Below, piece by piece: positions 41,901 to 51,979 of a stretch of 64,000 nt of DNA; positions within the stretch are counted from its first letter, which is position 1; each line of letters opens with the position of its first letter. The position numbers and the translations under genes were made by a program. Below the pieces are notes generated by a model. It made no database searches. It was not told the origin of the DNA and saw only the letters and a list, made by a program, of their open reading frames with translations. Source of the stretch: Endomicrobiales bacterium (GTDB lineage Bacteria; Elusimicrobiota; Endomicrobiia; Endomicrobiales; JALOBY01); NCBI GenBank assembly GCA_963796955.1, contig CAWCNJ010000008.1, positions 128,001 through 192,000 of the forward strand, given 5' to 3'.

Positions 41901-43577
41901 ATAACCGGAACCGTCGTGGCTTCAGGAACGATGGCTTCACCGCAGCTGGAGAGCAGTCTCAACCTGGTCAACGGTTCCATAGCCGGCATCCCCTGCGACA
42001 ATTTCAACCTTCAGGTAAGTGTGCGCAGGGATACCGCGACCATAACCCGCGCACGCTGGGTCAAGGAGGGAATGTATACGGTCGTCGCCAACGGCTATAT
42101 GCCGTTCGCTCTTACTTCCGCTGCATATAAACGCGTGTATCGCAACCCGATGGATGTTACGATCTCCATTGAGGAAGGGTCGCTTGGGTTCCTCACTTCG
42201 GTTTTCAGCGATATCAAGTCTGCGAAGGGCTCGCTGCACAGCCAGCTGCGCCTGGCCGGCACCCTGCACCGCCCGGTAACGAACGGCTATGTGAAGATCG
42301 AGAACGGTGAGATAGAATCAAAAGATTATATAAGCCATATCTCGCAGCTTACGGCCAACTGTATATGGAGAAATAACCTTCTGACCTTCAGTAACTGTCA
42401 CGCCGCTATCGGCGGCGGTAATCTAGCCCTGGGCGGATCCGTAAAATTCGACGGCATCATCCCTGCTTTTTATGACCTGTCCTTAAAGACAACTGGAAAG
42501 AAGGGCATACCTCTTTCCATTCCGGAACTGCCCATACCATCACCTCTGATAAAAACGGGCATCATGTCTTCTCTTTCCAGGGGAGAACCCCAGATCGCGC
42601 TAAAGCTTTCCGGCCCGGCCGCGGCGCCGTCCCTCTCCGGCTACGCGCTGCTGGACAACACCAATTTTACCTTTCCGTCGCTCGCGCCCAGGTCGGACGG
42701 CGACAACCCGCTCTCTGCGTTGATAGATAATCTAAAATGGGACTTTGAATTCCGCTCCGGAAAGAATACCTGGTTCGAGAATGAGCTGGTCCATGTGAAT
42801 ATTCAGGGAGCGATCCATCTGGGCGGTGTCGGCCGTCACCCTGATGTGGACGGAAAAATTGAAACCACGAACGGAAGTATTACCTACCTGGGAACGGAAT
42901 TCAGTGTAAAGCACGCGTTGTTGGAGATCGTTAAGAACAATGTTGCTCTGGAGGGCCAGGCCGAGGCGGAAATGTCTAACTCTCAGACGAACCTGCCCGA
43001 TGTCATCGATGTTGATGTGAGCCTTGCTCCTCTGGACAAGATAGTCCCGCGATTTTCGTCCCGTAATGATCCTTCGATGACCCAGGCAAAAGCGCTTGGG
43101 CTGGTGGCCGGGGCCGACCCGGAAAAGATGGATAACACCGACCAGCAATACTATATGCGTTCGCAGTTCATACGTTTATTCGATTCCACGCTTGCCACAC
43201 CGCTGGCCAAGAACATTTTACGGCGCAGCGGGCTGGCGGATACTTTTCATGTCAGTTATCAGCCAAAAGCGAACGTGGTGACAGCCACCCCCGGCGCACC
43301 GACCTTATCCGAGCTGATGGTGGGCACCAAATATACCATGGGAAAGTATCTGACCGATAAAATGTTGTTCGGCTATTCGGTGGCATTTGACCAGATACAG
43401 AACAAACTTGACTTGCGGCACGCGCTGGAGCTGTCGTACCGCTGGACACCTAACCTGTACCTGAAGGGATTGTACGAACTGAACTCTGATGATAATGCAT
43501 CTCTTCCAGACCGCAGGGTCACGGTTGAACGTCAATGGCGGTTCGGTTTCGGCGGCGATGGAAAGAAGGGAAAATAA
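38949..43577 (+). CDS. tamB: TamB/AsmA-like translocation and assembly protein
   Basis: N-terminal TM anchor, long beta-rich body, DUF490-like C-terminus (GKYLTDK..YS..LSYRW); directly upstream of bamA. Confidence 0.7.
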   Translation: MLKRISITLGALIVITALVSVFAWRLRFVEAPAESIMRRVLGIPVTFDRIDYRLFNRITLTNLTLGTSLKCNSITVYFNPLPLLFAHDKLRALAAIDIESPDITCGPELNGLIQRGSAPAGAHTPALSITCHDGTLRYSGIVVSGLSGKISSGEKTSAKLRMYAAGRAINVSLYKERPDMVKAIAEVVSRDLNAKVLVSMQIGADTAGGTYVIPQFSWKTYHIANASGTFVYAPDKLNVTLEHPAINARLYGINYSTFTVSGHAVLDGLVSGMTGSADVLISKAGEKYSGLLTAANTRWSSSLVSSSTTIKFNNNPQSGDWYLEALLDPSQYRIKCFLNNSGAVKTVFYGPRRSSGEITGVLFSSATSLSFNFPDWPVANMPLVSALYPDIEGHLQLRGSYTPERAEAFLNVYSLSQQRSEPVSWYANLTSSSSGTVVAAMSKYNDWQCNARRDTGGGWDINAVFSNAKLPLYLRFFDQTLRPEGILSGTASYSTASGNGECRLSIKDFKNGGFFASEIRAKAAIDSNTISIKEGAVFCKDGTLTASGVIGRSKEAQEGTVSVIAHHFQLADNVSFSGNFTLNGAFDPDKAIYSGRISGNNVGINNISALKLDSHFSCSSRALAIDSFTLSPYARGNAIVNFSKPVKVAGKLTVSKFPLQSLYGPLKGPVSGELNINGSPGSWSADVVALAPALTYKKTVFAANLHSHAREGRLYLDALSLQSGRQSAQLTGLVMPTVKLTGTVSNTEVKTLGALVDGFPESAGGTISATVAVTGTLDEPAVLLSLAGKDVFYDKLHATNVAGIAGYTSGLITISTITVHIADSEFLVVGSTIDLKQSLFNITTVAKNTHAGPFDLFGKFRWAGGWKTDDHGKPSAAVVVSGRDLWINQYSLPAAQIDMRYRDGAVTFAPMSGQPLQVSGVLDLNEAPQITLRNFVMTQPADNATLSAAGEAGPGKWDFTINAVNIPAGATADMFNSPAQMDGLITGTVVASGTMASPQLESSLNLVNGSIAGIPCDNFNLQVSVRRDTATITRARWVKEGMYTVVANGYMPFALTSAAYKRVYRNPMDVTISIEEGSLGFLTSVFSDIKSAKGSLHSQLRLAGTLHRPVTNGYVKIENGEIESKDYISHISQLTANCIWRNNLLTFSNCHAAIGGGNLALGGSVKFDGIIPAFYDLSLKTTGKKGIPLSIPELPIPSPLIKTGIMSSLSRGEPQIALKLSGPAAAPSLSGYALLDNTNFTFPSLAPRSDGDNPLSALIDNLKWDFEFRSGKNTWFENELVHVNIQGAIHLGGVGRHPDVDGKIETTNGSITYLGTEFSVKHALLEIVKNNVALEGQAEAEMSNSQTNLPDVIDVDVSLAPLDKIVPRFSSRNDPSMTQAKALGLVAGADPEKMDNTDQQYYMRSQFIRLFDSTLATPLAKNILRRSGLADTFHVSYQPKANVVTATPGAPTLSELMVGTKYTMGKYLTDKMLFGYSVAFDQIQNKLDLRHALELSYRWTPNLYLKGLYELNSDDNASLPDRRVTVERQWRFGFGGDGKKGK

Positions 43578-43606
43578 TTGCCAGCAGGCGCCGTTTTTTG
43601 TATAAT
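43578..43606 (+). promoter_or_regulatory. Putative sigma70 promoter of the bamA-lpx operon
   Basis: TTGCCA-17 bp-TATAAT. Confidence 0.6.
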
Positions 43607-43700
43607 CAACAGGATAAAATATCATACTTGAAACTAATAATAGCATAGCACAGTCTAATAATCGATTGAATTTGCTATCACAAATTTTAGAGGGGCTCTA

Positions 43701-45947
43701 TTGAAAAAGATACTTTTAGCCGGAATACTTTTTTTCGCGTTGACACCGCTTTTTGCCGGTTCCGAAGACGGCCGTGCCATAAAATCCATAAACATAACCG
43801 GTACGATGAACGTCAAAGAAAAAACCGTCCGCTCGGCCTTGAAATCCAAGGTCGGAAAACCGTATTCTCAAGATAAAGTCAAAAACGATATACAGGACAT
43901 TTTGTCGCTGGGATATTTCGACGATGTACAGGTCGCCGTTGATACAGACTCCATGAGGGTCACCTATGCGGTAAAAGAGAAACCCTACATAACGAAAATA
44001 AGCGTCAAAGGTAACCAGAAATTCTCCCAGGGCCGCCTGAAGGACGAGTTCACGTTGAAGGAAAAAGACTATTATGATGTCGCGAAAATGGAAGAGTCAC
44101 GGTCCAAAGCGCTGACCCTGTACCTGGACAAAGGCTATGCTGACGCTAAGATAGATATTATCCCTACCACTGATGAAGCCACTAACCGGATGACCGTCAG
44201 CTTTCTGGTAAGCGAAGGGCATCAGATATTGATCGGTTCGGTTACCGTAAGCGGTGTGAAGTCGTTCAAAACAAAAAAAATCGCCGGCCTGATGAAAACT
44301 AAAAAAAAGAAAGTATACAAAGCTGATACGATCGGCGAAGACCGTAAGGCGATAGAAGAGTTCTATAAGAACAACGGCTTTACCGAGGCCTCGGTGGGTG
44401 AACCGATAATTACGTACAATGCTGAGCGCACTCAGATGTTCATTGAGATAGTAATCACTGAAGGAATAAAGTATCATATCGGCTCGATCGGGTTTTCCGG
44501 GAACGCTATCTACACCAGCGGCGAGCTGTCCCGTATCGTGTCTCTGAAAAAAGGCGAATTGTACAAGCAGGAACAATTTAACGAAAGCAAAGCGGCGCTC
44601 ATGGATCAATACTCGGACCGTGGATATCTCAGGGCGCAAATTGAACCTCAACTTCAGCCTGATAATGAAAAGGGCGAAATGAATATTATTTATAAGATCA
44701 CCGAAGGTCCGGTTGTGTACCTGGGACGGTTGTTCATAGACGGTCTTGAGTCCACTAAGGAGTTCGTGATACGCCGCGAAGTATTGCTGAAGGAGGGAGA
44801 TGTATTCAGTTCTTCAAAAGTAAAACGCAGTTTAGAAAAAATTTATAATCTTGGTTTTATAGATGCCGCTGAACCGGAGCTGCAGCCGACCGATAAACCG
44901 GACATCATGGATATGGTACTGAACGTTACCGAAGGCAAACCAGGTATGTTATCAGCGGGGGCAGGTTACTCATCCGTCAATGGAATGGTCGGCACGTTAC
45001 AGTTGTCTCACATGAATTTATTCGGACGGGCTGAAAAATTAAACCTTATGTGGGAATTCGGCGGGATCACGAACTACCAGATAAGCTGGACCGAACCGTG
45101 GTTCCTGAATAAACCAATGAGCCTCAGCGCCAGCGTTTTTGATACATTAACCGCCCGCGATTATGCTAATATCACTTCTGCCTATAACGAAACCCGCGTC
45201 GGTGGAAGCGTAACGATCGGGCCCCGCATATCCGACAATCTCGGTCTGCAGTTCGGCTATTCCTATGAAGAGATAGGCGTAAGCGTGCAGAACGTTTCGA
45301 TCTCATCGGTTGTGCCCAATTCTCTCGACATAACATCCAGTGTGTCCGGCCAGATAATATGGGATACGCGCGACAATGTGTTTGACCCGACGCGCGGCGA
45401 CAAGCAATCGCTCGGTGTGCAGCTGGCGGGCGGCCCTGTCGGCGGTTCCGTTAATTTTGTCAAACCGACGATAAAAAGCTCCTGGTTTTTTCCGACGTTC
45501 TGGAAGTTCGTGCTTTCCCTGAACGGAACTGCGGGCCTGGTGCAGAACTTCGGCAGTTCCGCTGATGTGCCGATATACGAGCGGTTCTACGTAGGCGGGG
45601 CCGACACTGTTCGCGGCTATAAATATCGAGGAGAGATCGGCAGCGACAACGGCGGGAAGGCGATGTCCTATTTTAACGCAGAATACAAGTTCCCTATAGC
45701 CCAGGAAAAGAATAAAACAATACTTGAAGGAGCCTTTTTTGCCGACATGGGCGGCGACTGGGACAATCCCGGTGATTTTACTATGCAGATCGGGCAGAGC
45801 AAAAATGATATGAAATCAGGCGTTGGCTTCGGGATAAGATTTACCACACCTGTCTTCCCGTTGAGACTTGACTGGGGATACGGCCTCAACCACAATCCGG
45901 GCGAAGAATTAAGCCAATTTTATTTCACGATAGGAAATGTATTCTAA
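43701..45947 (+). CDS. bamA: Outer-membrane protein assembly factor BamA
   Basis: POTRA repeats, ERFYVGGADTVRGY, C-terminal FTIGNVF. Confidence 0.95.
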   Translation: MKKILLAGILFFALTPLFAGSEDGRAIKSINITGTMNVKEKTVRSALKSKVGKPYSQDKVKNDIQDILSLGYFDDVQVAVDTDSMRVTYAVKEKPYITKISVKGNQKFSQGRLKDEFTLKEKDYYDVAKMEESRSKALTLYLDKGYADAKIDIIPTTDEATNRMTVSFLVSEGHQILIGSVTVSGVKSFKTKKIAGLMKTKKKKVYKADTIGEDRKAIEEFYKNNGFTEASVGEPIITYNAERTQMFIEIVITEGIKYHIGSIGFSGNAIYTSGELSRIVSLKKGELYKQEQFNESKAALMDQYSDRGYLRAQIEPQLQPDNEKGEMNIIYKITEGPVVYLGRLFIDGLESTKEFVIRREVLLKEGDVFSSSKVKRSLEKIYNLGFIDAAEPELQPTDKPDIMDMVLNVTEGKPGMLSAGAGYSSVNGMVGTLQLSHMNLFGRAEKLNLMWEFGGITNYQISWTEPWFLNKPMSLSASVFDTLTARDYANITSAYNETRVGGSVTIGPRISDNLGLQFGYSYEEIGVSVQNVSISSVVPNSLDITSSVSGQIIWDTRDNVFDPTRGDKQSLGVQLAGGPVGGSVNFVKPTIKSSWFFPTFWKFVLSLNGTAGLVQNFGSSADVPIYERFYVGGADTVRGYKYRGEIGSDNGGKAMSYFNAEYKFPIAQEKNKTILEGAFFADMGGDWDNPGDFTMQIGQSKNDMKSGVGFGIRFTTPVFPLRLDWGYGLNHNPGEELSQFYFTIGNVF

Positions 45948-46853
45948 ATGAAACGAGTCCTTCTGTTCTTGCCGCTGCTTGCGGCCTGCCTCATGATGTT
46001 TTTGAATGCAGGCGCGGTTACTATTCAGCTGGACGGCTCTGCTCCGTCACAGCCGGGAAAAAACCCGGTCGTCTCGGGTTCGGCGGGCGTGGGGTATGTT
46101 GATATTGAAAAGGTCTTTAACGAGCATCCTCTTTGTAAGCGCAGCCACGAGGCATTCGATTCGGAGGCGGTTAAAAGAAAAGCGGAATTGAAACTGCTTG
46201 AAAATGAGATAACCGATCTGCAGAGGGTCATTGTTTCCAGTTCAACACAGCTGGATGTCCTCAGGTCAAACCTGGCCCTGCTGAACAAAGGGATCATGCC
46301 GGGTTCCGTTCAATCCTCTACATCAACGCCAATAGTCCAGGCGGCCCCGGTGCCCGGTCCCGTTCGTATTTTACCGGGCATGCTCCAGGCCGGCACAACC
46401 CAGGCGTCAGACGTTATACGATCAACCGGACCGGTTGCCGCTCAAACTATCGCGCCACAAGGCATTTCCTCAACCACCGCTTCAGGCATAGGTACATCTT
46501 CGTCTGGGTACGTTTCATCCTCCGAGAATCCTGCACCGGGCGCTGATCTTCGAACCATGACAGCAACGGTCATTGAAAGCATAAAACAGACGGAAGCGGA
46601 CATTGAGACAATGAAATCCGATGTCCTTAAGAAAAAAGCGAATATCGCGGAAAAATTCAAGCAGAATAAACAGGAGCTTTGCGACCTGGAAGCGCGGCAG
46701 ACCGACGAAGTATTACAGGACATCTATCATATAATCGAGAAGATCGCCAAGGAGCTGAACTTAACCGTGGTGCTTGACAGAAAAGATGTGCTGTACGGAC
46801 AGTCCTATCAGGATTTGACGGAAAAGGTGCTTGAACGCCTGCAAGGGCGATAA
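45948..46853 (+). CDS. OmpH/Skp chaperone with a long low-complexity insertion
   Basis: GYVDIEKVF...IAKE.NLTVVLD...[10 protein letters not shown]; between bamA and lpxD. Confidence 0.8.
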   Translation: MKRVLLFLPLLAACLMMFLNAGAVTIQLDGSAPSQPGKNPVVSGSAGVGYVDIEKVFNEHPLCKRSHEAFDSEAVKRKAELKLLENEITDLQRVIVSSSTQLDVLRSNLALLNKGIMPGSVQSSTSTPIVQAAPVPGPVRILPGMLQAGTTQASDVIRSTGPVAAQTIAPQGISSTTASGIGTSSSGYVSSSENPAPGADLRTMTATVIESIKQTEADIETMKSDVLKKKANIAEKFKQNKQELCDLEARQTDEVLQDIYHIIEKIAKELNLTVVLDRKDVLYGQSYQDLTEKVLERLQGR

Positions 46854-46875
46854 TTTTTTAGCAAGGGACCGACCA

Positions 46876-47904
46876 ATGAACATGAAAGCATCCCAGATCG
46901 CAGAACTTGTCACAGGACGTCTGATAGGCGACCCTGATCTGGTTGTAACCGGCGCCGCAGGGTTGGATGAGGCCGGCCATTCAGATGTCTCTTTCGTTTT
47001 TAACCCAAAGTACGTGAAACATCTCTCAAAGAGCAAGGCGGGTGTTCTTTTGTTGGGTGAAGAAGTAGCAAATTGTAACGCTGTGCAGATCATCGTCAAA
47101 AATCCGCACCTTGCTTTCGCGCAGATCCTGACGATCCTGGAAAAAGAGATCCGGCCTTCTTTTGCCCCGGGTATCCACCCAAAGGCGGTGGTTGCCGGCG
47201 ACGCAAAAATAGCGAAGAACGTATATGTCGGTCCGGGCGTCGTTATAGAACCCGGTGTTTCCATCGGCGAGAACACCCATATAGGCGCAAACTCTTACAT
47301 CGGGCACTCTTCGCGCATCGGGAGCAATACCCGCATATATCCGAATGTCACTATCAGAGAAAATGTGAAGGTAGGCAATAACGTTATCATCCACCCGGGC
47401 ACGGTTTTGGGCTCGGACGGTTTTGGCTTTGTCCCGAGCCCCGCCGGACATTTTAAAGTGCCCCAGATCGGTTCAATTGAAATAGCCGATGACGTAGAGA
47501 TAGGCGCCAATGTTGCCATAGACAGAGCGACGACGGGAAAAACAAAGATCGGAAAAGGCACGAAGATAGACAACCTGGTGCAGATCGCGCACAACGTGAA
47601 GATCGGTGAGCATTGCTTTATAGTCGCACAGGTCGGCATAGCGGGCTCAACGGTGCTCGGAGATTTCGTTACCATCGCCGGGCAGGCGGGGGTATCAGGA
47701 CATTTGAAGATCGGCGACGGCGTGACCATTGCGGGTCAGGCGGCAGTGATAGGCGATGTGCCCGCGAAAGAGATCGTTTCCGGCTATCCGGCGCGTCCGC
47801 ACCGGGAAGCGATGAAAGTGTATGCGTTATCGCAAAAACTGCCTGAGCTTTTTGAAGAAGTAAAAGACATCAGGAATATGTTGCTTGAAATAAAGAACCC
47901 CTGA
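46876..47904 (+). CDS. lpxD: UDP-3-O-acylglucosamine N-acyltransferase
   Basis: Hexapeptide repeats, [19 protein letters not shown]. Confidence 0.96.
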   Translation: MNMKASQIAELVTGRLIGDPDLVVTGAAGLDEAGHSDVSFVFNPKYVKHLSKSKAGVLLLGEEVANCNAVQIIVKNPHLAFAQILTILEKEIRPSFAPGIHPKAVVAGDAKIAKNVYVGPGVVIEPGVSIGENTHIGANSYIGHSSRIGSNTRIYPNVTIRENVKVGNNVIIHPGTVLGSDGFGFVPSPAGHFKVPQIGSIEIADDVEIGANVAIDRATTGKTKIGKGTKIDNLVQIAHNVKIGEHCFIVAQVGIAGSTVLGDFVTIAGQAGVSGHLKIGDGVTIAGQAAVIGDVPAKEIVSGYPARPHREAMKVYALSQKLPELFEEVKDIRNMLLEIKNP

Positions 47905-47937
47905 AATATCGATCCAACGACACATGCAAGGAAAATA

Positions 47938-48783
47938 ATGGAACATCAAACCACTATACGCACGCAAAGCATCCTTTCAGGAATAGGGCTGCATACGGGG
48001 AACCTGAGTACCATCACTTTTAAACCGGCCGCCGAGAACACCGGCGTAGTATTTAAGCGCATAGACTTACCGGGCCAGCCGCTGGTACGCGCCGCCCTTG
48101 ACAACATTTCGGCGGTCGCGGTACGGGGCACCGTGATCGGTTCCGGAAATGAAAAGATCTATACTATCGAGCATATCATGGCGGTCCTTTTTGCTCTTGG
48201 GATCGACAATGTGGAGATCGATATCAATAATAATGAGCCGCCGGTGCTGGATGGCAGCGCGGTATCAATCGTCGATACGTTACTGAAAGCGGGTTTCACT
48301 GAACAGTCGGCCGTGCGCACGTATATGACGCTCAATGCACCCGTCATTTACGAAAGCGGAGAAACCAGAATGCTGGCAGAACCCTCCGATACGTTCACGA
48401 TAGACTGTACGGTCGGTTATAAACATCCGTTCTTAAAACATCAGCAGGCATCGTTCGTTATCTCGCAGGATACCTTCATACGGGAGTTGTCAAAAGCCCG
48501 CACTTTTTGTTTCGATTATGAGATAGAAGCGCTCCAGTCAAAAGGCCTTGCGAAAGGCGGTAATTTCGACAACGCGATCGTTATCGCACCGAACGGCATT
48601 CACAACCCCGATAAGACGCTGCGCTATCCCGATGAATTTGTCCGTCATAAAACCCTTGATCTGCTGGGAGATCTCTACCTTTTGGGCAGGCGTTTAAAGG
48701 CAAAGATAACCGCGGTTAAACCAGGACACAACCATAATGTTCAGTTCGCACGAGCTATCGCAAAATCCAACGGAGGGTTTTAA
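47938..48783 (+). CDS. lpxC: UDP-3-O-acyl-GlcNAc deacetylase
   Basis: GIGLHTG, TIEH, ARTF, RHKTLDLLGDL, GH. Confidence 0.96.
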   Translation: MEHQTTIRTQSILSGIGLHTGNLSTITFKPAAENTGVVFKRIDLPGQPLVRAALDNISAVAVRGTVIGSGNEKIYTIEHIMAVLFALGIDNVEIDINNNEPPVLDGSAVSIVDTLLKAGFTEQSAVRTYMTLNAPVIYESGETRMLAEPSDTFTIDCTVGYKHPFLKHQQASFVISQDTFIRELSKARTFCFDYEIEALQSKGLAKGGNFDNAIVIAPNGIHNPDKTLRYPDEFVRHKTLDLLGDLYLLGRRLKAKITAVKPGHNHNVQFARAIAKSNGGF

Positions 48784-49271
48784 TGACTGAAACGGGCCAG
48801 ATACCTCAGATGCCGCAGATACCGCAGGGACAGTATTTTGATATCAATGCTATTAAAAAGATCATCCCTCACCGCTACCCGATGCTGTTGATCGACCGGG
48901 TTGTTATCGTTGAAGAACTAAAAAAAGCGATCGGGTATAAGTGCGTCAGCGGGAACGAAGAATATTTTAACGGACATTTCCCGGTGCAGCCGATCATGCC
49001 GGGGGTGTTGATCGTTGAAGCGATGGCGCAGACCGCCTGCGTGCTGTTCCTCTCAAAGCCTGAGAACCTGGGCAAACTCGCGGTTTTTATGGGTATCGAC
49101 GCGGTAAAATTCCGCAAACCCGTCACTCCGGGCGATGTGCTGGAGCTGCGTGTGGACGTTATCCGCGCGCGCGAGAAGGGCGGCAAGGTGCGCGGCGAAA
49201 CGTATGTCAACGGTCAATTGACGACCGAATGCGAATTCATGTTCGCGGTCATAGACAATAACACAAAATAA
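48783..49271 (+). CDS. fabZ: 3-hydroxyacyl-ACP dehydratase
   Basis: PHRYPMLLIDR, GHFP..PIMPGVLIVEAMAQ. Confidence 0.96.
   Translation: MTETGQIPQMPQIPQGQYFDINAIKKIIPHRYPMLLIDRVVIVEELKKAIGYKCVSGNEEYFNGHFPVQPIMPGVLIVEAMAQTACVLFLSKPENLGKLAVFMGIDAVKFRKPVTPGDVLELRVDVIRAREKGGKVRGETYVNGQLTTECEFMFAVIDNNTK
48798..48827 (+). repeat. 9-bp tandem repeat (about 3.3 copies) encoding QIP-QMP-QIP-Q
   Basis: cagatacct-cagatgccg-cagataccg-cag. Confidence 0.8.
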
Positions 49272-49286
49272 CTACCGGAGCATAGC

Positions 49287-50075
49287 ATGATACATCCCAC
49301 AGCGATCATACACCGCAGCGCCCGTCTTGATGCGACCGTTTCAGTCGGACCTTACGCGGTCATCGGCGAAAATGTAGTAATAGGTGAAGGCACGACTGTC
49401 GGCCCTCATGCGGTCATCGAGGCCGCGGATATAGGAAAGAATTGCCGTATATTCCCGCACGCCTCGGTCGGCCTGGCGCCGCAAGATCTGAAATATAATA
49501 ATGAACCGACTAGAATAGTTATCGGCGACCGCTGCACGGTCCGGGAATTCGTTACGCTTAACAGAGGAACCACCGCCACGGGCAAGACCGTTATCGGCAG
49601 CGACTGTCTTTTTATGGCCTACACCCACGTCGCGCACGACTGCGTGCTGGGCAACGGCATCATTATGGCAAATGCGGCCACCCTCGGCGGCCATGTCGAG
49701 GTGGGGGATTACGCGGTATTCGGCGGGATATCCGCCGTGCACCAGTTCACGAGGATAGGTCGTCTGGCGATGATCGCGGGCGGCGCTATGGTAAGCCAGG
49801 ATGTGATCCCGTTCGGGCAGGCGCATGACAACCGGGCGCGTCTGGTGGGCTTAAATCTTGTCGGCATGAAACGCCGCGGTTTTTCGCGCGATACGATCGA
49901 CGAGATAAAGCAGGCCTTCAAAACACTTTTTATGTCCAGCATACCCATCGGCGAAGCGATGGACCAGCTGGGGGCAAGCGGTCCCTCGGATGAAGTGAAG
50001 GAATTGATCGCGTTCATAGCTTCCTCAAAACGCGGCATCTGCCGGCCCGGCAACAAGGAAGATTCCGAAGAATGA
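49287..50075 (+). CDS. lpxA: UDP-N-acetylglucosamine acyltransferase
   Basis: PQDLKY, HVAHDC, GGHV, VHQF, GLN.VG.KRRGF. Confidence 0.96.
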   Translation: MIHPTAIIHRSARLDATVSVGPYAVIGENVVIGEGTTVGPHAVIEAADIGKNCRIFPHASVGLAPQDLKYNNEPTRIVIGDRCTVREFVTLNRGTTATGKTVIGSDCLFMAYTHVAHDCVLGNGIIMANAATLGGHVEVGDYAVFGGISAVHQFTRIGRLAMIAGGAMVSQDVIPFGQAHDNRARLVGLNLVGMKRRGFSRDTIDEIKQAFKTLFMSSIPIGEAMDQLGASGPSDEVKELIAFIASSKRGICRPGNKEDSEE

Positions 50076-50872
50076 GCGTAATAGGCCTGATCGCCGGCAA
50101 TGGCCGGTTCCCATTCCTCGTCGCTGAAGAGATACGCAAAAGGGGCGATTCTGTCGCCCTTCTTGCGTTAAAGGAAGAGACCGATCCGGCCATTGAAAAA
50201 CTTGCCGACTCCTGCGCTTGGATATCTGTGGGACAATTTCAGAAGTTGATAGATTTTTTTCATTCAAAACAGGCCGGGACGGCGATCATGGCCGGGCAGG
50301 TCAAGCACGCCCGGCTATTCGACGGACTGGCCCTTGACTGGCGGGCGTTGAAGCTGCTCGGGAAGTTGGTCAATAAAAAGACCGACAGTATACTCGGTGC
50401 AGTCTGCTCTGAACTTGAAAAAGAGGGGATCAAACTGCTTCCCTCGCATCAATACCTTTCGCACCTGCTGCCCGAAAAAGGCATCCTGGCGGGACCGAAA
50501 CTTTCCAAAGAAGAAAAGGAGAACGTCGCGTTCGGGCATGAAACCGCTAAGGCGATAGCAGGGCTCGATATCGGCCAGACCGTGGTCGTTAAGGATATGT
50601 CGGTGATAGCCGTTGAAAGCATTGAAGGTACCGACGAGTGCATCCGTCGCGCGGCACAGTATGCGAAAGACGGTGTCATTGTCGCCAAAGTCGCGAAACC
50701 GAAACAAGATTTCAGATTTGATGTGCCTGTAATAGGCATGAACACTATCAACACACTTAAAGAATGCAGGGCGCGCGCTCTGGCGATAGAAGCGGGAGCC
50801 ACCCTGATGATCGGCAAACCGGAGCTGCTGGCCGCCGCCGAGGCCGCAAAGATCACCATAATCGCGCTATAG
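50072..50872 (+). CDS. lpxI: UDP-2,3-diacylglucosamine pyrophosphatase LpxI
   Basis: GLIAGNG.FP, DIGQTVV, E.IEGTD, KPKQDFRFDVP. Confidence 0.92.
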   Translation: MSVIGLIAGNGRFPFLVAEEIRKRGDSVALLALKEETDPAIEKLADSCAWISVGQFQKLIDFFHSKQAGTAIMAGQVKHARLFDGLALDWRALKLLGKLVNKKTDSILGAVCSELEKEGIKLLPSHQYLSHLLPEKGILAGPKLSKEEKENVAFGHETAKAIAGLDIGQTVVVKDMSVIAVESIEGTDECIRRAAQYAKDGVIVAKVAKPKQDFRFDVPVIGMNTINTLKECRARALAIEAGATLMIGKPELLAAAEAAKITIIAL

Positions 50873-50883
50873 AAGGAAACACC

Positions 50884-51978
50884 ATGCTTGGACTTGTTCA
50901 CCCGATCGTAGGAAGCGAAGAAAAGAAGGTGCTTAACGAGATCATTGATTCCCGCATGCTGGCAGCTGGAAAATATGTAACTGAGTTCGAGAATGTCTGC
51001 GCCCGGGCTTTTAACGCGAAACACTGCGTGGCAGTTTCGAACGGCACGACCGCACTGCACGCGGCGTTACTGGGCGCCGGTATCAAGACGGGGGATCAGG
51101 TGTTGACGACTGCGATGTCCTTCATCGCGACGGCCAACAGCATACTGTACTGTCAGGCAAAACCGGTTTTTGCCGACATAGATCCTGCAACGCTGAACAT
51201 CTCCCCGGAAGCTGCAGAAACGATCCTGAATAAAAATAAAAAAATAAAAGCGATACTGCTGGTACACCTGTTCGGCGTGCCGTGCGATATGGCGGCGTTC
51301 ATAAAACTTTCCAGAAAATATAAGGTCAAACTTATTGAAGACTGCGCCCAGGCCCACGGCGCTGCGTTCGAGGGGACCACCGTCGGGACCTTCGGCACAG
51401 CATCCGCATTCTCGTTCTATGCCACAAAGAATGTGATGTGCGGCGAAGGCGGGATCGTGCTTACCGCAAGCAGCGCCGTAGACAAGAATGTCCGCAGCAT
51501 CATCAACCACGGACGCAGCGAGCATTCGACCCATACCATTCTCGGTTATAATTACCGTCTGACGAACCTCGCCGCCGGTATCGGCATTGTGCAAATGGGA
51601 CACCTGCAGGAATGGAACGCTGCACGGCGCTCGAACGCGGCCTATCTGACGGAGCGTCTCCAGAAATTCTCTTTCTTAAAAACCCCGGTGATCCCCTCAA
51701 ATTGCACCCCGGTATTTCACCAGTACACCATCAGAGTCAAGCCCGGGGTCAGGGAACGGCTGATGAAGCATTTACATTCCAGCGGCGTAGGGTGCGGCAT
51801 ATATTATCCGGTACCGATGCATCTGCAGCCGTTGTATAAAAGAATGGGCTATAAAGCCGGACTGTGCCCGGTCGCCGAAAAAGCGGCTAAAGAGGTACTT
51901 TCTATCCCGGTGCATCCGGCACTGACAGCGTCAGACCTGAAACTCATCATCGATACATTCGCCTCCTTTAAGGCTTAA
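50884..51978 (+). CDS. DegT/DnrJ PLP sugar aminotransferase, probable GnnB
   Basis: NGTTALH, EDCAQAHG, SFYATKN, GEGG, GYNYR; lies between lpxA and lpxB. Confidence 0.85.
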   Translation: MLGLVHPIVGSEEKKVLNEIIDSRMLAAGKYVTEFENVCARAFNAKHCVAVSNGTTALHAALLGAGIKTGDQVLTTAMSFIATANSILYCQAKPVFADIDPATLNISPEAAETILNKNKKIKAILLVHLFGVPCDMAAFIKLSRKYKVKLIEDCAQAHGAAFEGTTVGTFGTASAFSFYATKNVMCGEGGIVLTASSAVDKNVRSIINHGRSEHSTHTILGYNYRLTNLAAGIGIVQMGHLQEWNAARRSNAAYLTERLQKFSFLKTPVIPSNCTPVFHQYTIRVKPGVRERLMKHLHSSGVGCGIYYPVPMHLQPLYKRMGYKAGLCPVAEKAAKEVLSIPVHPALTASDLKLIIDTFASFKA

Positions 51979-51979
51979 C

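Noticed and set aside
44273..44308. Two A8 tracts in bamA
   Set aside because: Lys-rich coding in an essential gene with the frame intact.
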